From the IMG/VR virus record IMGVR_UViG_3300042514_000542, positions 1-64,000 of that record: DNA of 64,000 bases; one strand, 5' to 3'. Position numbers and translations under genes: made by a program. Positions 37,536 through 47,755 of the stretch are shown here, in pieces. Positions within the stretch are counted from its first letter, which is position 1, and each line of letters begins with the position of its first letter. The notes under the pieces were generated by a model that did no database searches, had not been told where the DNA came from, and saw only the letters and a list, made by a program, of their open reading frames with translations.

Positions 37536-38174
37536 GTGGAATCATTCGCACTATATTATGAAAAATTTTCTCTAAATCCAAGAAATTGGTTTATGAGTAA
37601 AGAAGAGAAGTTGAGGATAAGAGAACAAGATATTGAAATGCGTAAAGTCGCAATGCGACACGCTAGAGAAAACTTCAAAAAGATGAAAGACCTTTTGGCT
37701 TCAAAAGGTTATAGAATTCACAAGCACGACTTTTCTTATACTGTTAGGGGTGATAAGAAGGTGGGGATGGAACCTCCAAGACGAGATAAAATTAAGATTG
37801 GTGATCGTCAACTAGACATCCCATATCTCAAAACATTGTTTACAATGGCACATGAAGTTGGACATGTCTTACAATGGGATGATTCGACTAATAATAAACA
37901 TAAATTTGATGAGTTTTATTTATCTCAACTACGTGCTGAAATAGATAATGGTTATAATCATAGATTAAATCTGGAACATATACACAAAGTTTGGTATGAA
38001 TTAGATGCTTGGATTCAGGGTATGCAATTTATACCTATGGAATATAAACAAATATATAAAAAGTATGCATTTGATGCATATAAAACATATATGAATAGAG
38101 GTCCGAAGTATTATTATAATGATATGCTTCTTAGAACCCTATTAATTAAATTGAATGCTAAAGACCACTTTTAA
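37536..38174 (+). CDS. HExxH zinc metallopeptidase-like late protein
   Basis: TMAHEVGH...ELDAW; ATAAATA-N5-GTG; N-terminus MESFALYYE. Confidence 0.65.
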   Translation: MESFALYYEKFSLNPRNWFMSKEEKLRIREQDIEMRKVAMRHARENFKKMKDLLASKGYRIHKHDFSYTVRGDKKVGMEPPRRDKIKIGDRQLDIPYLKTLFTMAHEVGHVLQWDDSTNNKHKFDEFYLSQLRAEIDNGYNHRLNLEHIHKVWYELDAWIQGMQFIPMEYKQIYKKYAFDAYKTYMNRGPKYYYNDMLLRTLLIKLNAKDHF

Positions 38175-39660
38175 CATTCGGTATCATCTGTTTGGCTTTC
38201 TTATAAACCATCTGTTCCGTAATCTCTCTATTACTAAGTAACATTTCCGCAACCCAATCCTGTAATTTAGGAAGGTATAATCCCAATTGCTTTCTATCCG
38301 TTTGGAACTGTGGAAACCATTGCATTAACATATTCCCATTAATGATCGAGGAGATTCTCTTTTTGAGTTCTTCACCACCACCGGGAATAACATTTAATTT
38401 AGCCTCGGCTCTTTCAATCTTATCTAAGAACTCCTGCTTATTGAAAAGACCTGGACCACGGGAGGCTTCATCGCAATATCCAACAGCTTTAATGGTTTCC
38501 CAAGCTGGGTTATGTATAATTCTTCTTAGAACTTTAAGACTTAGTTTATCCAGTCCATGAACATGCATATGGTTTGCTACCGCAGCTAAAATATTCTTCT
38601 TATCATCTGGCCCAAGTTTAGCAAAACGTAATCTCTTAAAGATATTCTCAACAATGGGAACACCAGCAGATTCATGGGAGTGATAATTGCTAAAACCATT
38701 TGGTTTGATCCCCCTAGTTGTAGCCTTTCCAAAATCGTGGAATAATACAGCGAGATTTATAACTGGATCTGTATATGGTGATACTCTTAAGCATTCATGT
38801 ATATGACCCAGAACTTGCGAATCTCCTTCTGGATGATGTGCTGGATCATGGTCAAAACCTTCCATATCTGTAAATTCTGGAAGAATATCATGTAGGATTC
38901 CTGCGTCTTGTAATTTTTTCAGGAAGTTTGATAGGGTTGGTCCAGACTTAGCAGCCTTATACATTTCTTGGGAAATGCTCTCCTGTGAAATTAATTTAGG
39001 ATTTAATAATAGGTGTTTTAATTCCTTGGCAGCTTCCAATGTATCTGGTTCAATATCAAAGTCCATCTTGGCAGCAAATCTAAAGACTCTAAGAAGTCTG
39101 GTAGCGTCTTCCTTAAATCTTTCCTTGGCATTGCCAACAGCACGGATTACCTTATTCTCAAGATCCTTTAAACCTCCTTGGTAGTCAACGATACGACCAT
39201 GATAATCCAGACCAAAACTATTGATTGTAATATCACGCCTTTTTGTATCAGTCTCAAAACTATCAACTTCTGTGGATATGTTTTGTTGTCTACCCATTGC
39301 CGTTTGAGCATCTTCTCTAAACTTTGCTAAATCGAATGCATAATTATTATATAAAATGGTGTATACTGGTTGAGTATCATTCTTTGATATGTTTCTCAAC
39401 TCGAAATGATTAGATAAATCATCAAAGGAAATATTAGTTGCCATATCGACATCATCGATCTCATTACCCATAAGAAGATCCCTTGGAACACCACCAACAA
39501 TATATATCTCCCCTGTTGGAAATAATCCCATGATTTTGGTCATTAGTTCAAGACCAACACGTAATTCCTCAGATGAAGCTAAGGCTTGCTCCCATTTATC
39601 GGAAAAGTCTTCTACATTGTAGTTTACACTCTCTTTAAAGAATTTTGAAAAGGTTATCAT
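38158..39660 (-). CDS. cca: Class II tRNA nucleotidyltransferase (CCA-adding type) with HD domain
   Basis: YIVGGVPRDLL...DVDMAT, RRDITINS, EDATRLLR (EDxxR template motif), HHPEGD and LFHDFGK; no obvious poly(A)-polymerase G[RK]RF signature. Confidence 0.88.
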   Translation of the reverse strand: MITFSKFFKESVNYNVEDFSDKWEQALASSEELRVGLELMTKIMGLFPTGEIYIVGGVPRDLLMGNEIDDVDMATNISFDDLSNHFELRNISKNDTQPVYTILYNNYAFDLAKFREDAQTAMGRQQNISTEVDSFETDTKRRDITINSFGLDYHGRIVDYQGGLKDLENKVIRAVGNAKERFKEDATRLLRVFRFAAKMDFDIEPDTLEAAKELKHLLLNPKLISQESISQEMYKAAKSGPTLSNFLKKLQDAGILHDILPEFTDMEGFDHDPAHHPEGDSQVLGHIHECLRVSPYTDPVINLAVLFHDFGKATTRGIKPNGFSNYHSHESAGVPIVENIFKRLRFAKLGPDDKKNILAAVANHMHVHGLDKLSLKVLRRIIHNPAWETIKAVGYCDEASRGPGLFNKQEFLDKIERAEAKLNVIPGGGEELKKRISSIINGNMLMQWFPQFQTDRKQLGLYLPKLQDWVAEMLLSNREITEQMVYKKAKQMIPNVKSGL

Positions 39661-39688
39661 ATAGTATTCTTATTTAATAAATAATAAG

Positions 39689-40090
39689 GTGAGGACAATC
39701 GAAGAAAGTAATAAAACTATGGGGAACTTGGTGGAAGAGGCTATGTTTTTTGGGAAAACAGGTTCTAAATCTAAAAATTCAGTATTGCGTAAAATTGAAA
39801 AGGATACCGAAAATTATTTAACGGATGGTGGTAGATTCCCATTAACGGACGAATTAAAAATCGAAGTCAATGATGCTCATGGTTTGGCTGGGGTATTATC
39901 CCCTAGTGGACAGAAGGCTAGTTTAAGACTCATAGATGAATTACAGGGGGGTGTTTCTTTGGAGCTTAAGATTAGCACGGATGGGGCATGGAGAATACTC
40001 AACAAGGGTCAAGTTGTTGGTGGTGGGGAAGACCTAGACGAACGTGTGGTGTGGGATGCTTGGCTTGGGGAATTACTAAAGAATTACTAA
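39689..40090 (+). CDS. Hypothetical late protein
   Basis: ATAAATA-N5-GTG; divergent from cca. Confidence 0.6.
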   Translation: MRTIEESNKTMGNLVEEAMFFGKTGSKSKNSVLRKIEKDTENYLTDGGRFPLTDELKIEVNDAHGLAGVLSPSGQKASLRLIDELQGGVSLELKISTDGAWRILNKGQVVGGGEDLDERVVWDAWLGELLKNY

Positions 40091-40626
40091 TGATAACATT
40101 TAAAGCATTTTTTGAGTCTTTCAAGAGTTCGGGCATCGACATGAATCGTGCCTATGAGGTCTTCAACCAAGAATACCAAAAGTCAACAGGTAAATCTTGG
40201 GATAAGGGTAAATTTTTAAGCAGGGCGCAGAATTGGGACTTCTATGGCGATGATAATGGATTTATAACTGCTCGCCAACAAAAGAGTGGATTTGTTAAAC
40301 TTGTTGGTGCTGCTGGTTCCGATAAATCAAAATATAAAGGATTTAAGGAACTTGCATCAAAACATCTACCAGTTTGGGGTATGGTAGATGATAAACTATT
40401 TGAACTTCTCACTAAGTTGGGATATCGGGGTCCAAACAAAATCGAACTCTTTATGTTTAAGAAGATGATGACACCTGAAAAGATGGCTAGTGTTTTGGGT
40501 GGTGCTGTCATCAATAATATTGAAGGAAATAAAGTTACACTCACATATCCTGATATTGGAACTGTTACAAAATATTATATAGCTTCTCCCGAATATTGGA
40601 AGAAGGTTAGAGGTAATATTATTTAA
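40090..40626 (+). CDS. Putative internal head protein (MITFKAFFES)
   Basis: Start reassigned to the TAATG-coupled ATG at 40090. Confidence 0.65.
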   Translation: MITFKAFFESFKSSGIDMNRAYEVFNQEYQKSTGKSWDKGKFLSRAQNWDFYGDDNGFITARQQKSGFVKLVGAAGSDKSKYKGFKELASKHLPVWGMVDDKLFELLTKLGYRGPNKIELFMFKKMMTPEKMASVLGGAVINNIEGNKVTLTYPDIGTVTKYYIASPEYWKKVRGNII

Positions 40627-43600
40627 ATTTTTACATCATGGAACATAGTTCCCGCCTTTGCTGTGTCGGCCACCCATTGGTCAAATCCTTTTATTGTGTC
40701 TGTATATGGCTCATCGTAAACTTGCCAACCATTAGTATCTTTAGAATATTCTTGAATCTTATAATTTGATGAGTTAACATCTAATACAACGTATTTTATA
40801 TCACCGGATGTCGTCAAAAAGGTATCACCAATTGAATACTTTGGTTTATATGCTGCTTGCTTTTTAGCTGCCACTTTTACCTTGGCGAATCTTGAGATTT
40901 TGAACATCGATGTTACACCATTATCACCTTGTAATTCTACCAAATCAGAGAGGAGTAGTATTTTTCGAATAGTATATACCGCGCCAACAGTTAGTAAGTC
41001 CATCAACCCACTATTATCTAGACATTTAATCTTATCGCCAACAGATAACCCCTCCGTAGTTTGCAATGGTTTGGGTTTAGGTTGAGTAGGAAGAGGTTTT
41101 TGGCTTCCTATATCTGCCCCTGCCGTAAGCTGTTTGAGTTGTGCTTTTAAGTCTTCAAGGTCAGCTTCATGATCTTCATTATCGGTTTCTAATGGTTCTG
41201 AGTGAGAACCTTCATCATTTGTATCTGTTGGTGATTCTAATTTTTTTGCGAACCTATAGAATTCAAATCCACCCACATTACCAGTATTTGATATTACTCT
41301 TATATATTTATTGGAAGTAGATTGCACAATGTATGATTTTCCCTTGGATAAGAGATTCTCATAATCTTCGTTATCTACACATATAACAGTATCACCAACA
41401 CTGAGATCAATAGTTGATTCGAGAGGTGTAAGGTTTAACTCATTCATTATATCTTCTATGGGTTCCCATTCTGTATCATCGGAGGGTTTTGGAATTTCTT
41501 TACCTAGAACAGATTCATCCTTTTCGATCTTTTCAACATAGTTGAAATCTTCATATCTTGTAACACCACCCTGATCCTGATCCTGATCCATTTTGATCGT
41601 AACTTCTTTATAGAAATTGTTTACCGCTATAAGTGTTCCCCTTTTACCTTTAAATGATCCCTTAATGATTTTAACGTAATCCCCCACTTTGAAAGGTATT
41701 TCCTTCATAGGATTGTTATAATCATACTTGATTAGATCATTTGGATCAATACTTTTGTATTTACCAGTAATACTATCGTATACAGTAACATGGCCGGGGG
41801 TTTCGGAACTATCCTTGTAATATTCATACACATTACCATCTGGGTCTTCAACCTTATCATACCTTTCGAAAGGTTTATGAACAATCTTGATATCTTCTTT
41901 TAATTCGCTTTGACGAATCGGTGATATATCACCATCTTCCCATTCCACAGAATATATAGGATCGGTACGTTTCGCTCTTAATACATCACGAATAGATCCC
42001 ACTCTCCCATCTTGAGTTTTCACACTTGCGCCAACTTTAAATTTAGGTTTCCCACGGAAAACTGTCTTTAAAGTCTTTGATTTATTCATCACATCCGTTT
42101 GCGAATATTCATCCTTATATACTGTGGTTCCAAAATATTTAAACCAAATACCATCAAGTTTATCTTGAAATGATATTGGTATCTCTTTTCTATTATCAAT
42201 TAAAGACTCCTTAATAAATGATGCTAAATCACTATTTTCTCCATATAGAGAAAGAAGGGTATCTAAAAAAATCTCTTTACTTCCACGATATATATGGCTA
42301 TTCCACATAATTGGCATAATAGCAGCGACATATTCATTTCTACCCTTCATCATAGGTAATAATCGAATCAGTTGTTCTATGATGAGGTCTTCTTCATATA
42401 TATAGTTGTCAGTTCCTATTCCCAAGGATAGATAAACTACAAACTCATGTAACTTGTCCTTAATATATTCATCAGGTAATTTTTTCATCACCCTTGACAT
42501 AACACCCATCGTATTGGTGGGGGAATTTCTTCTTGTTGATGACACATGTAATATCTCTTCAAAGTGCCTCAAAGTTGAGGGACTTATATTATATGCAAGT
42601 TTCTGTAATATTGTTGATAGGTTTTCGTCAGTTAGAGACGATATATAAGTATGATCTAGAACATAATCCATATGTGTACCTAAGTAGTTATTGGTGATAA
42701 ACTCGAATACATCATTACCTATAAACTTATCATCAATTTCTGGCTCTTTTGATAAAAAAATACCTATGAGTTTGGCTATATCACCACCTCCCAATCCCGA
42801 GCGGGGTAGCTCAATCATGAGATCAGGGTTCCCCTCATATGCCATCATGATAAGTCTAAATGTCTTACTATCCTTGATTGCTTCCCTCACATTGGGTTTG
42901 ATCTTATCTTCATTACCCTTTTGAAACCTATCTAAGAGATATGCACGGAGAGTGGCATTTTTTTGAACTACGTCACCACTGTCTTCGTGACCCCAATCAA
43001 CATATGAAGATAAACGTTTCGATTTTTCGATTTTTCGTCTATCGACATGATCCAGTTCTACAATCAAGGAATTGACCCAAATAACACCCTGCCACGGCTC
43101 GTTTTCATGGATTGTCGATTCTCCCAAGTCGTCTATCATACCATCATAGAATCTCATTAGGATTCTTGTCCACATAATGGGTGGTCTGGTTTTGGTTTCC
43201 CTTAGTTTTCCATCATCGTCAGGAAATACTTGGGTTCGATTAAAGCTTTGAGCCAATGCTCTAGTGACCGTCCAAAACTTTTGGAAAGGGGTTTTCTGAT
43301 AAGATAATGGTGTGTCCAAGAGAATACCTTCAGGATCATATTTATATTCTGGAAACATCTCTCTCAATTTTTCAAAATCTCTTTCTAGATCCTGTTCAGA
43401 GTAGGTTGATGATCTGGCACATCTTTCTGGATTCCTTGGTTTATATATCCAAATGATGGGACGTTCAATGGCAAAGTGCGCTTTCCCCACACTTAACCAA
43501 TTATCCCAATAAACCTTTAAAGGAAACCCATAAATTCCAATTGGTGTACTAAAGCTTGAGTGGGGGTTAATACCTAATCTCTTAGTCTTTTTATCAAAAG

Positions 43601-43787
43601 ACTTTTTACGATTTAATTTTCGTTTATCACCATATGGAAGGGGTTCAGGTTCTTTCATAACCCTTGGCTCCAGAATATTAGCAAATGATACCAATACATC
43701 AGGGTCATCCTTGTATTTGGATAGAACAGCAAAGGGACTTTGGTTCCTTTCACATATGACTTCGAATATATCCTCAAAACGGGGCAT
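40623..43787 (-). CDS. Large late protein with multiple C-terminal SH3/KOW-like modules
   Basis: TPIGIYGFPL and IHENEPWQ motifs; repeated (F/L)xVGDxV modules; GTAAATA-N5-ATG. Confidence 0.7.
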   Translation of the reverse strand: MPRFEDIFEVICERNQSPFAVLSKYKDDPDVLVSFANILEPRVMKEPEPLPYGDKRKLNRKKSFDKKTKRLGINPHSSFSTPIGIYGFPLKVYWDNWLSVGKAHFAIERPIIWIYKPRNPERCARSSTYSEQDLERDFEKLREMFPEYKYDPEGILLDTPLSYQKTPFQKFWTVTRALAQSFNRTQVFPDDDGKLRETKTRPPIMWTRILMRFYDGMIDDLGESTIHENEPWQGVIWVNSLIVELDHVDRRKIEKSKRLSSYVDWGHEDSGDVVQKNATLRAYLLDRFQKGNEDKIKPNVREAIKDSKTFRLIMMAYEGNPDLMIELPRSGLGGGDIAKLIGIFLSKEPEIDDKFIGNDVFEFITNNYLGTHMDYVLDHTYISSLTDENLSTILQKLAYNISPSTLRHFEEILHVSSTRRNSPTNTMGVMSRVMKKLPDEYIKDKLHEFVVYLSLGIGTDNYIYEEDLIIEQLIRLLPMMKGRNEYVAAIMPIMWNSHIYRGSKEIFLDTLLSLYGENSDLASFIKESLIDNRKEIPISFQDKLDGIWFKYFGTTVYKDEYSQTDVMNKSKTLKTVFRGKPKFKVGASVKTQDGRVGSIRDVLRAKRTDPIYSVEWEDGDISPIRQSELKEDIKIVHKPFERYDKVEDPDGNVYEYYKDSSETPGHVTVYDSITGKYKSIDPNDLIKYDYNNPMKEIPFKVGDYVKIIKGSFKGKRGTLIAVNNFYKEVTIKMDQDQDQGGVTRYEDFNYVEKIEKDESVLGKEIPKPSDDTEWEPIEDIMNELNLTPLESTIDLSVGDTVICVDNEDYENLLSKGKSYIVQSTSNKYIRVISNTGNVGGFEFYRFAKKLESPTDTNDEGSHSEPLETDNEDHEADLEDLKAQLKQLTAGADIGSQKPLPTQPKPKPLQTTEGLSVGDKIKCLDNSGLMDLLTVGAVYTIRKILLLSDLVELQGDNGVTSMFKISRFAKVKVAAKKQAAYKPKYSIGDTFLTTSGDIKYVVLDVNSSNYKIQEYSKDTNGWQVYDEPYTDTIKGFDQWVADTAKAGTMFHDVKI

Positions 43788-43819
43788 ATGATTATTTACC
43801 CAAATTATTAAATATGTAT

Positions 43820-44269
43820 ATGGTTTTTAACAAGACTTATAGAAAATTAATGGAATATTACGAACCATCGGGAATTCTTCTAGAAGGTGTTCTTAATTCT
43901 GTTCCAAGAGATCTTTTAGGTATGGAAACCTCCTATGAGAACTTTCCCATAAAAGCACCTTATGGTTTCTGGGTAGATCGTAGTGGTAACTGGATAACTG
44001 TTCCATATATCGGTCACAGTCCAACGGCTCTCGGCATTATAAGAAAGGCCAATAAATACCTAGTGGAAAAAGGTATGGAACGAGTGGAAGATTATAGTCC
44101 CTATAAACCTCTTTATAGTGAAGGTTGGATGAGAGTTCAGTTGACAACAGGCACAGTCTTCTACGAATTCAAACCAGCAAACCAGATAGCAACGACACCC
44201 CAAAACAGATTTTTGGAGATGTGTAAGGAGATGTATAATATTCCAAATGCTGAAAATGATAGCGATTAA
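43820..44269 (+). CDS. Hypothetical late protein
   Basis: TTAAATA upstream; PYGFWVD.SG...H...GWMRV. Confidence 0.65.
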   Translation: MVFNKTYRKLMEYYEPSGILLEGVLNSVPRDLLGMETSYENFPIKAPYGFWVDRSGNWITVPYIGHSPTALGIIRKANKYLVEKGMERVEDYSPYKPLYSEGWMRVQLTTGTVFYEFKPANQIATTPQNRFLEMCKEMYNIPNAENDSD

Positions 44270-44276
44270 TTCCAAT

Positions 44277-45350
44277 ATGATAACATTTAAACATTACATA
44301 ATACGAGAGGGTAAGCTCAAGGATTCAAAGAAAGTATTGAAATTGGGTGATTATCCAATGTTTACCGTTTTTATCGCCAAGGGGGATAATATCTCTGAAA
44401 GACTTATGGCATATAAAGAAAACGAGGATTATTATTCCAAGGCATTTGAACTTGCTAGAGAGAGAATTACGAGGCTGGGTCTTCCCTCCATGCATGTCAA
44501 TGTGGTGTTTAAGGACACGCCCGATGCTTATGGATTGGCTCATGGAAATCCAGACACTAAAACGAGTGTGGTTAGGTCTGTATCATTGAGTGTAAGATTT
44601 ATTGATTTTGGATCAAGACCGAGCATGGACAATATAAAGTATTCATTCTCTGCGTTGGTAGATACGATAGTTCATGAATGGGCGCATATGTGGATGTTCA
44701 ATAATGGAAAGGCTTTTCGTGATGCAATCAAACAGTATCACGAAGCATTGGTATATTCGAACATAGATAAAATACCATATAACTATGGTGATACTGAAAG
44801 AATATTCACCACATTCTATAAAGATATTGCAATTCTTTTTAAGACATATAAATTTAATCTTAAAGAAAACCCACAATATATGTCCCTAAAGAGCGTCAGA
44901 AAGGATATGCAACGTATTTTCTTAGACACTCTAAATGAATATGGTATGTATGCTCTTGCCGTAGATAAGGATGTATTGAATCCATATATAGATAAAATAT
45001 CTGATATAGTTTACCATAATGTGGGGAAGAATCCCAAATCTGTTTTTAAGTATATTGAAAGTTTAAATTTGGAAAAAGTGTTTGAGGGACAGATTAAACA
45101 GGAGACACAACGAAGCATTTCCAAGAGATCCGATATTAGAAAACAATTATCAGATATGATTAAATTTACTGGAGCATATGGAATGACAAATCCCGATGAA
45201 GCATGGGCAACCGCTATTGAAAAATTCAAGATACTAGATCCATACCATAAAAAAAGAATTCGTGAACTGATGCAAGTAAAAGGTCAAAGAGAACTCCCCA
45301 ATAGAAGAATGCAGAAACATCTTAATATGGTGAATAATCTTGACAACTAA
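44277..45350 (+). CDS. HExxH metallopeptidase-like putative internal protein (MITFKHYIIRE)
   Basis: IVHEWAH ... YGMTNPDEAWA zincin-type pattern. Confidence 0.7.
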   Translation: MITFKHYIIREGKLKDSKKVLKLGDYPMFTVFIAKGDNISERLMAYKENEDYYSKAFELARERITRLGLPSMHVNVVFKDTPDAYGLAHGNPDTKTSVVRSVSLSVRFIDFGSRPSMDNIKYSFSALVDTIVHEWAHMWMFNNGKAFRDAIKQYHEALVYSNIDKIPYNYGDTERIFTTFYKDIAILFKTYKFNLKENPQYMSLKSVRKDMQRIFLDTLNEYGMYALAVDKDVLNPYIDKISDIVYHNVGKNPKSVFKYIESLNLEKVFEGQIKQETQRSISKRSDIRKQLSDMIKFTGAYGMTNPDEAWATAIEKFKILDPYHKKRIRELMQVKGQRELPNRRMQKHLNMVNNLDN

Positions 45351-45365
45351 TATAGTCATGGTATC

Positions 45366-45689
45366 ATGTTACACATGACTACAGTGGTTCACATCAATGA
45401 TCCATACGACATCTATATAGGTCGTCCTTCAATTTGGGGCAATCCGCATAGTCATTTACCCGAAAGTGCCGCAGAATACATCGTAGCGACTCGAAAAGAA
45501 GCCATAGAGAAGTATCGGGAATACATTCTAAACAGTAACTATCTAATGTCAAGGTTACACGAACTCGATGGAAAGGTTCTTGGATGCCACTGTAAACAAA
45601 AAGGTAAAAATGTTCCTTGCCACGGAGACGTATTAGTAGAGCTTATCGAAAAAATGAACTATACTAAGGTTGATTTGGAAGATTTTTAA
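45366..45689 (+). CDS. DUF4326-like protein
   Basis: YIGRPSIWGNP...LDGKVLGCHC...CHGDVL; TTGACA...TATCAT promoter upstream. Confidence 0.8.
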   Translation: MLHMTTVVHINDPYDIYIGRPSIWGNPHSHLPESAAEYIVATRKEAIEKYREYILNSNYLMSRLHELDGKVLGCHCKQKGKNVPCHGDVLVELIEKMNYTKVDLEDF

Positions 45690-47464
45690 ATCCTCAGTTC
45701 TTGGGTGAAGTAATCTATAGCAGCCTCACTATCGTAGTCATCAAATCCATAATATGGAACATCCATATCACCTTCAATTTCGGGGTCGGGATCGAATGGG
45801 TCACTATCATGCTCAATAGACAACCCAATTGAATCTATACTAAATTTAGCAAGCAGAGGACTATCATACCAATGATCACTATTTTCAAAGACCACACTGA
45901 AAGAATGGTCTATTGTATCTGATAAAACATCCGTTTCTTGTGGAATAAATATCAAAGACTCTATACCGGATTTAAAATACTTAACCAGTTGTGAGTATGT
46001 TCCACTTTCATACCCAGCACGGATAGCATCCCTTAACGTATCAATCGTATCAGGATCATTTACTTTCAGAAGAGTATATACATCCTTTATAGTTATATCT
46101 GACGGGTCGATATCCAATTCTTCTAATAAGTCTGGATATTCAGTAATCCATTCTTTTACTGCTTCCATTATTCTAAAATTGACAACATTGTTTCCCATCA
46201 CACGTTCCAACAAATCTATTAAATCTTCTTCTGGCGCACGGTAATCCATATCCTCAGTTAAATTTTTATCCCCCGATATATAGTCACCATATGAATATAG
46301 ATTTGGTGGTTGGTAGGTGTCAACAAGCTCATTCCAATTTTCCCATACCCTATAATAGATAAAATTATCTTTCAATTGAATTTTAGCCATAATCTCTTCG
46401 GGAGTGCTATACTGAGCATGTCCCCCGCCCGATCCCGATATGAAAAGGTTTGCAATTTCTCTTTTAATATCATCCTCTCCCATTAATCCCAATTTTACCT
46501 TTTCGGTAAATGGAAGTAGGTCTGGTCTTAATTCACGTATCTTTTGTTGTCTTTCCTCTGATAGTTCTCTGAATTTAAATAATTCTGGTCTTAGTCTAAA
46601 TAACATTTCCGATTGTTCTTCAGAGAGATCGGATATATCGAAGTTGTTATCGGCGGCATAACCACCCCCAACAATACGTTTAATTAAATAGTCTTCACCA
46701 TCACCTCTACTACTGGTATTAACCTTATATGTTAATAATTTTAGAATGTGTGGATGATACTTTGGATTGGGCTTTTCATTTGCCCTCCCCTTCATTTCCC
46801 CAAGGGTGCTATTATCATTCAGAATGAAGGTCAGGGATGGTCTAGCAAAAACCCTACCACCCTGTTTCACCACCTTCCTCAAAGATAATACAGTATCCGT
46901 ATCTCTGGCACTGGCGGTATTACCACAATGACCCATAGCACCTCCCTCGATCTTACAAGACCTTCTATCCAAATCAAACCAAACAAATCCATCATCAAAC
47001 TTTATAAGTTCAGAAATGGAGCCATCCACCAATTCATCAGTAATATCGATCCATTGTTCCCTATCAGTCTTCCACTCACTCTCCCAATCTCTAAACTTTA
47101 AGAGTGCTTCAGTTACACCATCTCTATAATCATATCTTTGAATCTTATTTATGGGTAAAGAGAGATAATGTTCTAAGCTATTTAGAGTCTGCCTAGCTAG
47201 ATTTATTTGCTGTGTGGGGAAAGAATCAGCCCTCGTCAATTCTTTTAATATGGAAGTCCTTACAGATTTGAGAAACCAAACCACAATATTATCCTTCTTA
47301 AGAACTCCAATACTTCTCTGAACGATATCGTTCAGATTTTTCGAAAGTGTATCGTCCTGTTCCAATACTTTCCCGAACATTTGCATATATCTCTCAGTTC
47401 TAGCTTTGACACCCTCTTCCAGAACATGGAGATATATTTGATAGAATTTCGAAAATGTTAACAT
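45686..47464 (-). CDS. Putative internal protein (MLTFSKFYQIYLHVLEE) with PcfJ-like motif
   Basis: EGGAMGHCG...LSLR...EMKGRAN.KP; TTAAATA upstream. Confidence 0.65.
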   Translation of the reverse strand: MLTFSKFYQIYLHVLEEGVKARTERYMQMFGKVLEQDDTLSKNLNDIVQRSIGVLKKDNIVVWFLKSVRTSILKELTRADSFPTQQINLARQTLNSLEHYLSLPINKIQRYDYRDGVTEALLKFRDWESEWKTDREQWIDITDELVDGSISELIKFDDGFVWFDLDRRSCKIEGGAMGHCGNTASARDTDTVLSLRKVVKQGGRVFARPSLTFILNDNSTLGEMKGRANEKPNPKYHPHILKLLTYKVNTSSRGDGEDYLIKRIVGGGYAADNNFDISDLSEEQSEMLFRLRPELFKFRELSEERQQKIRELRPDLLPFTEKVKLGLMGEDDIKREIANLFISGSGGGHAQYSTPEEIMAKIQLKDNFIYYRVWENWNELVDTYQPPNLYSYGDYISGDKNLTEDMDYRAPEEDLIDLLERVMGNNVVNFRIMEAVKEWITEYPDLLEELDIDPSDITIKDVYTLLKVNDPDTIDTLRDAIRAGYESGTYSQLVKYFKSGIESLIFIPQETDVLSDTIDHSFSVVFENSDHWYDSPLLAKFSIDSIGLSIEHDSDPFDPDPEIEGDMDVPYYGFDDYDSEAAIDYFTQELRI

Positions 47465-47545
47465 ATAGAGTATTTAATTCAAAATCGAGCCTATGGGGAA
47501 ATTCTCGAAAAATTACTAAAAAATTTTTTGTATTTGAAAAAGCCT

Positions 47546-47617
47546 TATAGGAAAAATTGGAAAAAATGGTAATAAAATTTTTATAGTAAAAATTGGTAAA
47601 AATGGTAATAAAATTTT
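47546..47617 (+). repeat. Two tandem 36-bp near-identical AT-rich repeats
   Basis: TATAG(G/T)AAAAATTGG(A/T)AAAAATGGTAATAAAATTTT twice. Confidence 0.9.
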
Positions 47618-47642
47618 CCATGGGGGCCTAGGCGAAAAAAAA

Positions 47643-47699
47643 GCTGTTAGATATATATACCAATTCCTAACAGGAACATATATATATATATCTAACAGC
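47643..47699. repeat. 17-bp inverted repeat with (TA)n
   Basis: GCTGTTAGATATATATA ... TATATATATCTAACAGC. Confidence 0.85.
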
Positions 47700-47718
47700 A
47701 GTAGAAAATGATATATAA

Positions 47719-47755
47719 AAGAGTTGGGAATGTTATATATACATTCCCAACTCTT
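47719..47755 (-). terminator. 15-bp hairpin, probable terminator of the early array
   Basis: AAGAGTTGGGAATGT-loop-ACATTCCCAACTCTT; T-rich tail on the minus strand just after ORF 47764-48132. Confidence 0.7.
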
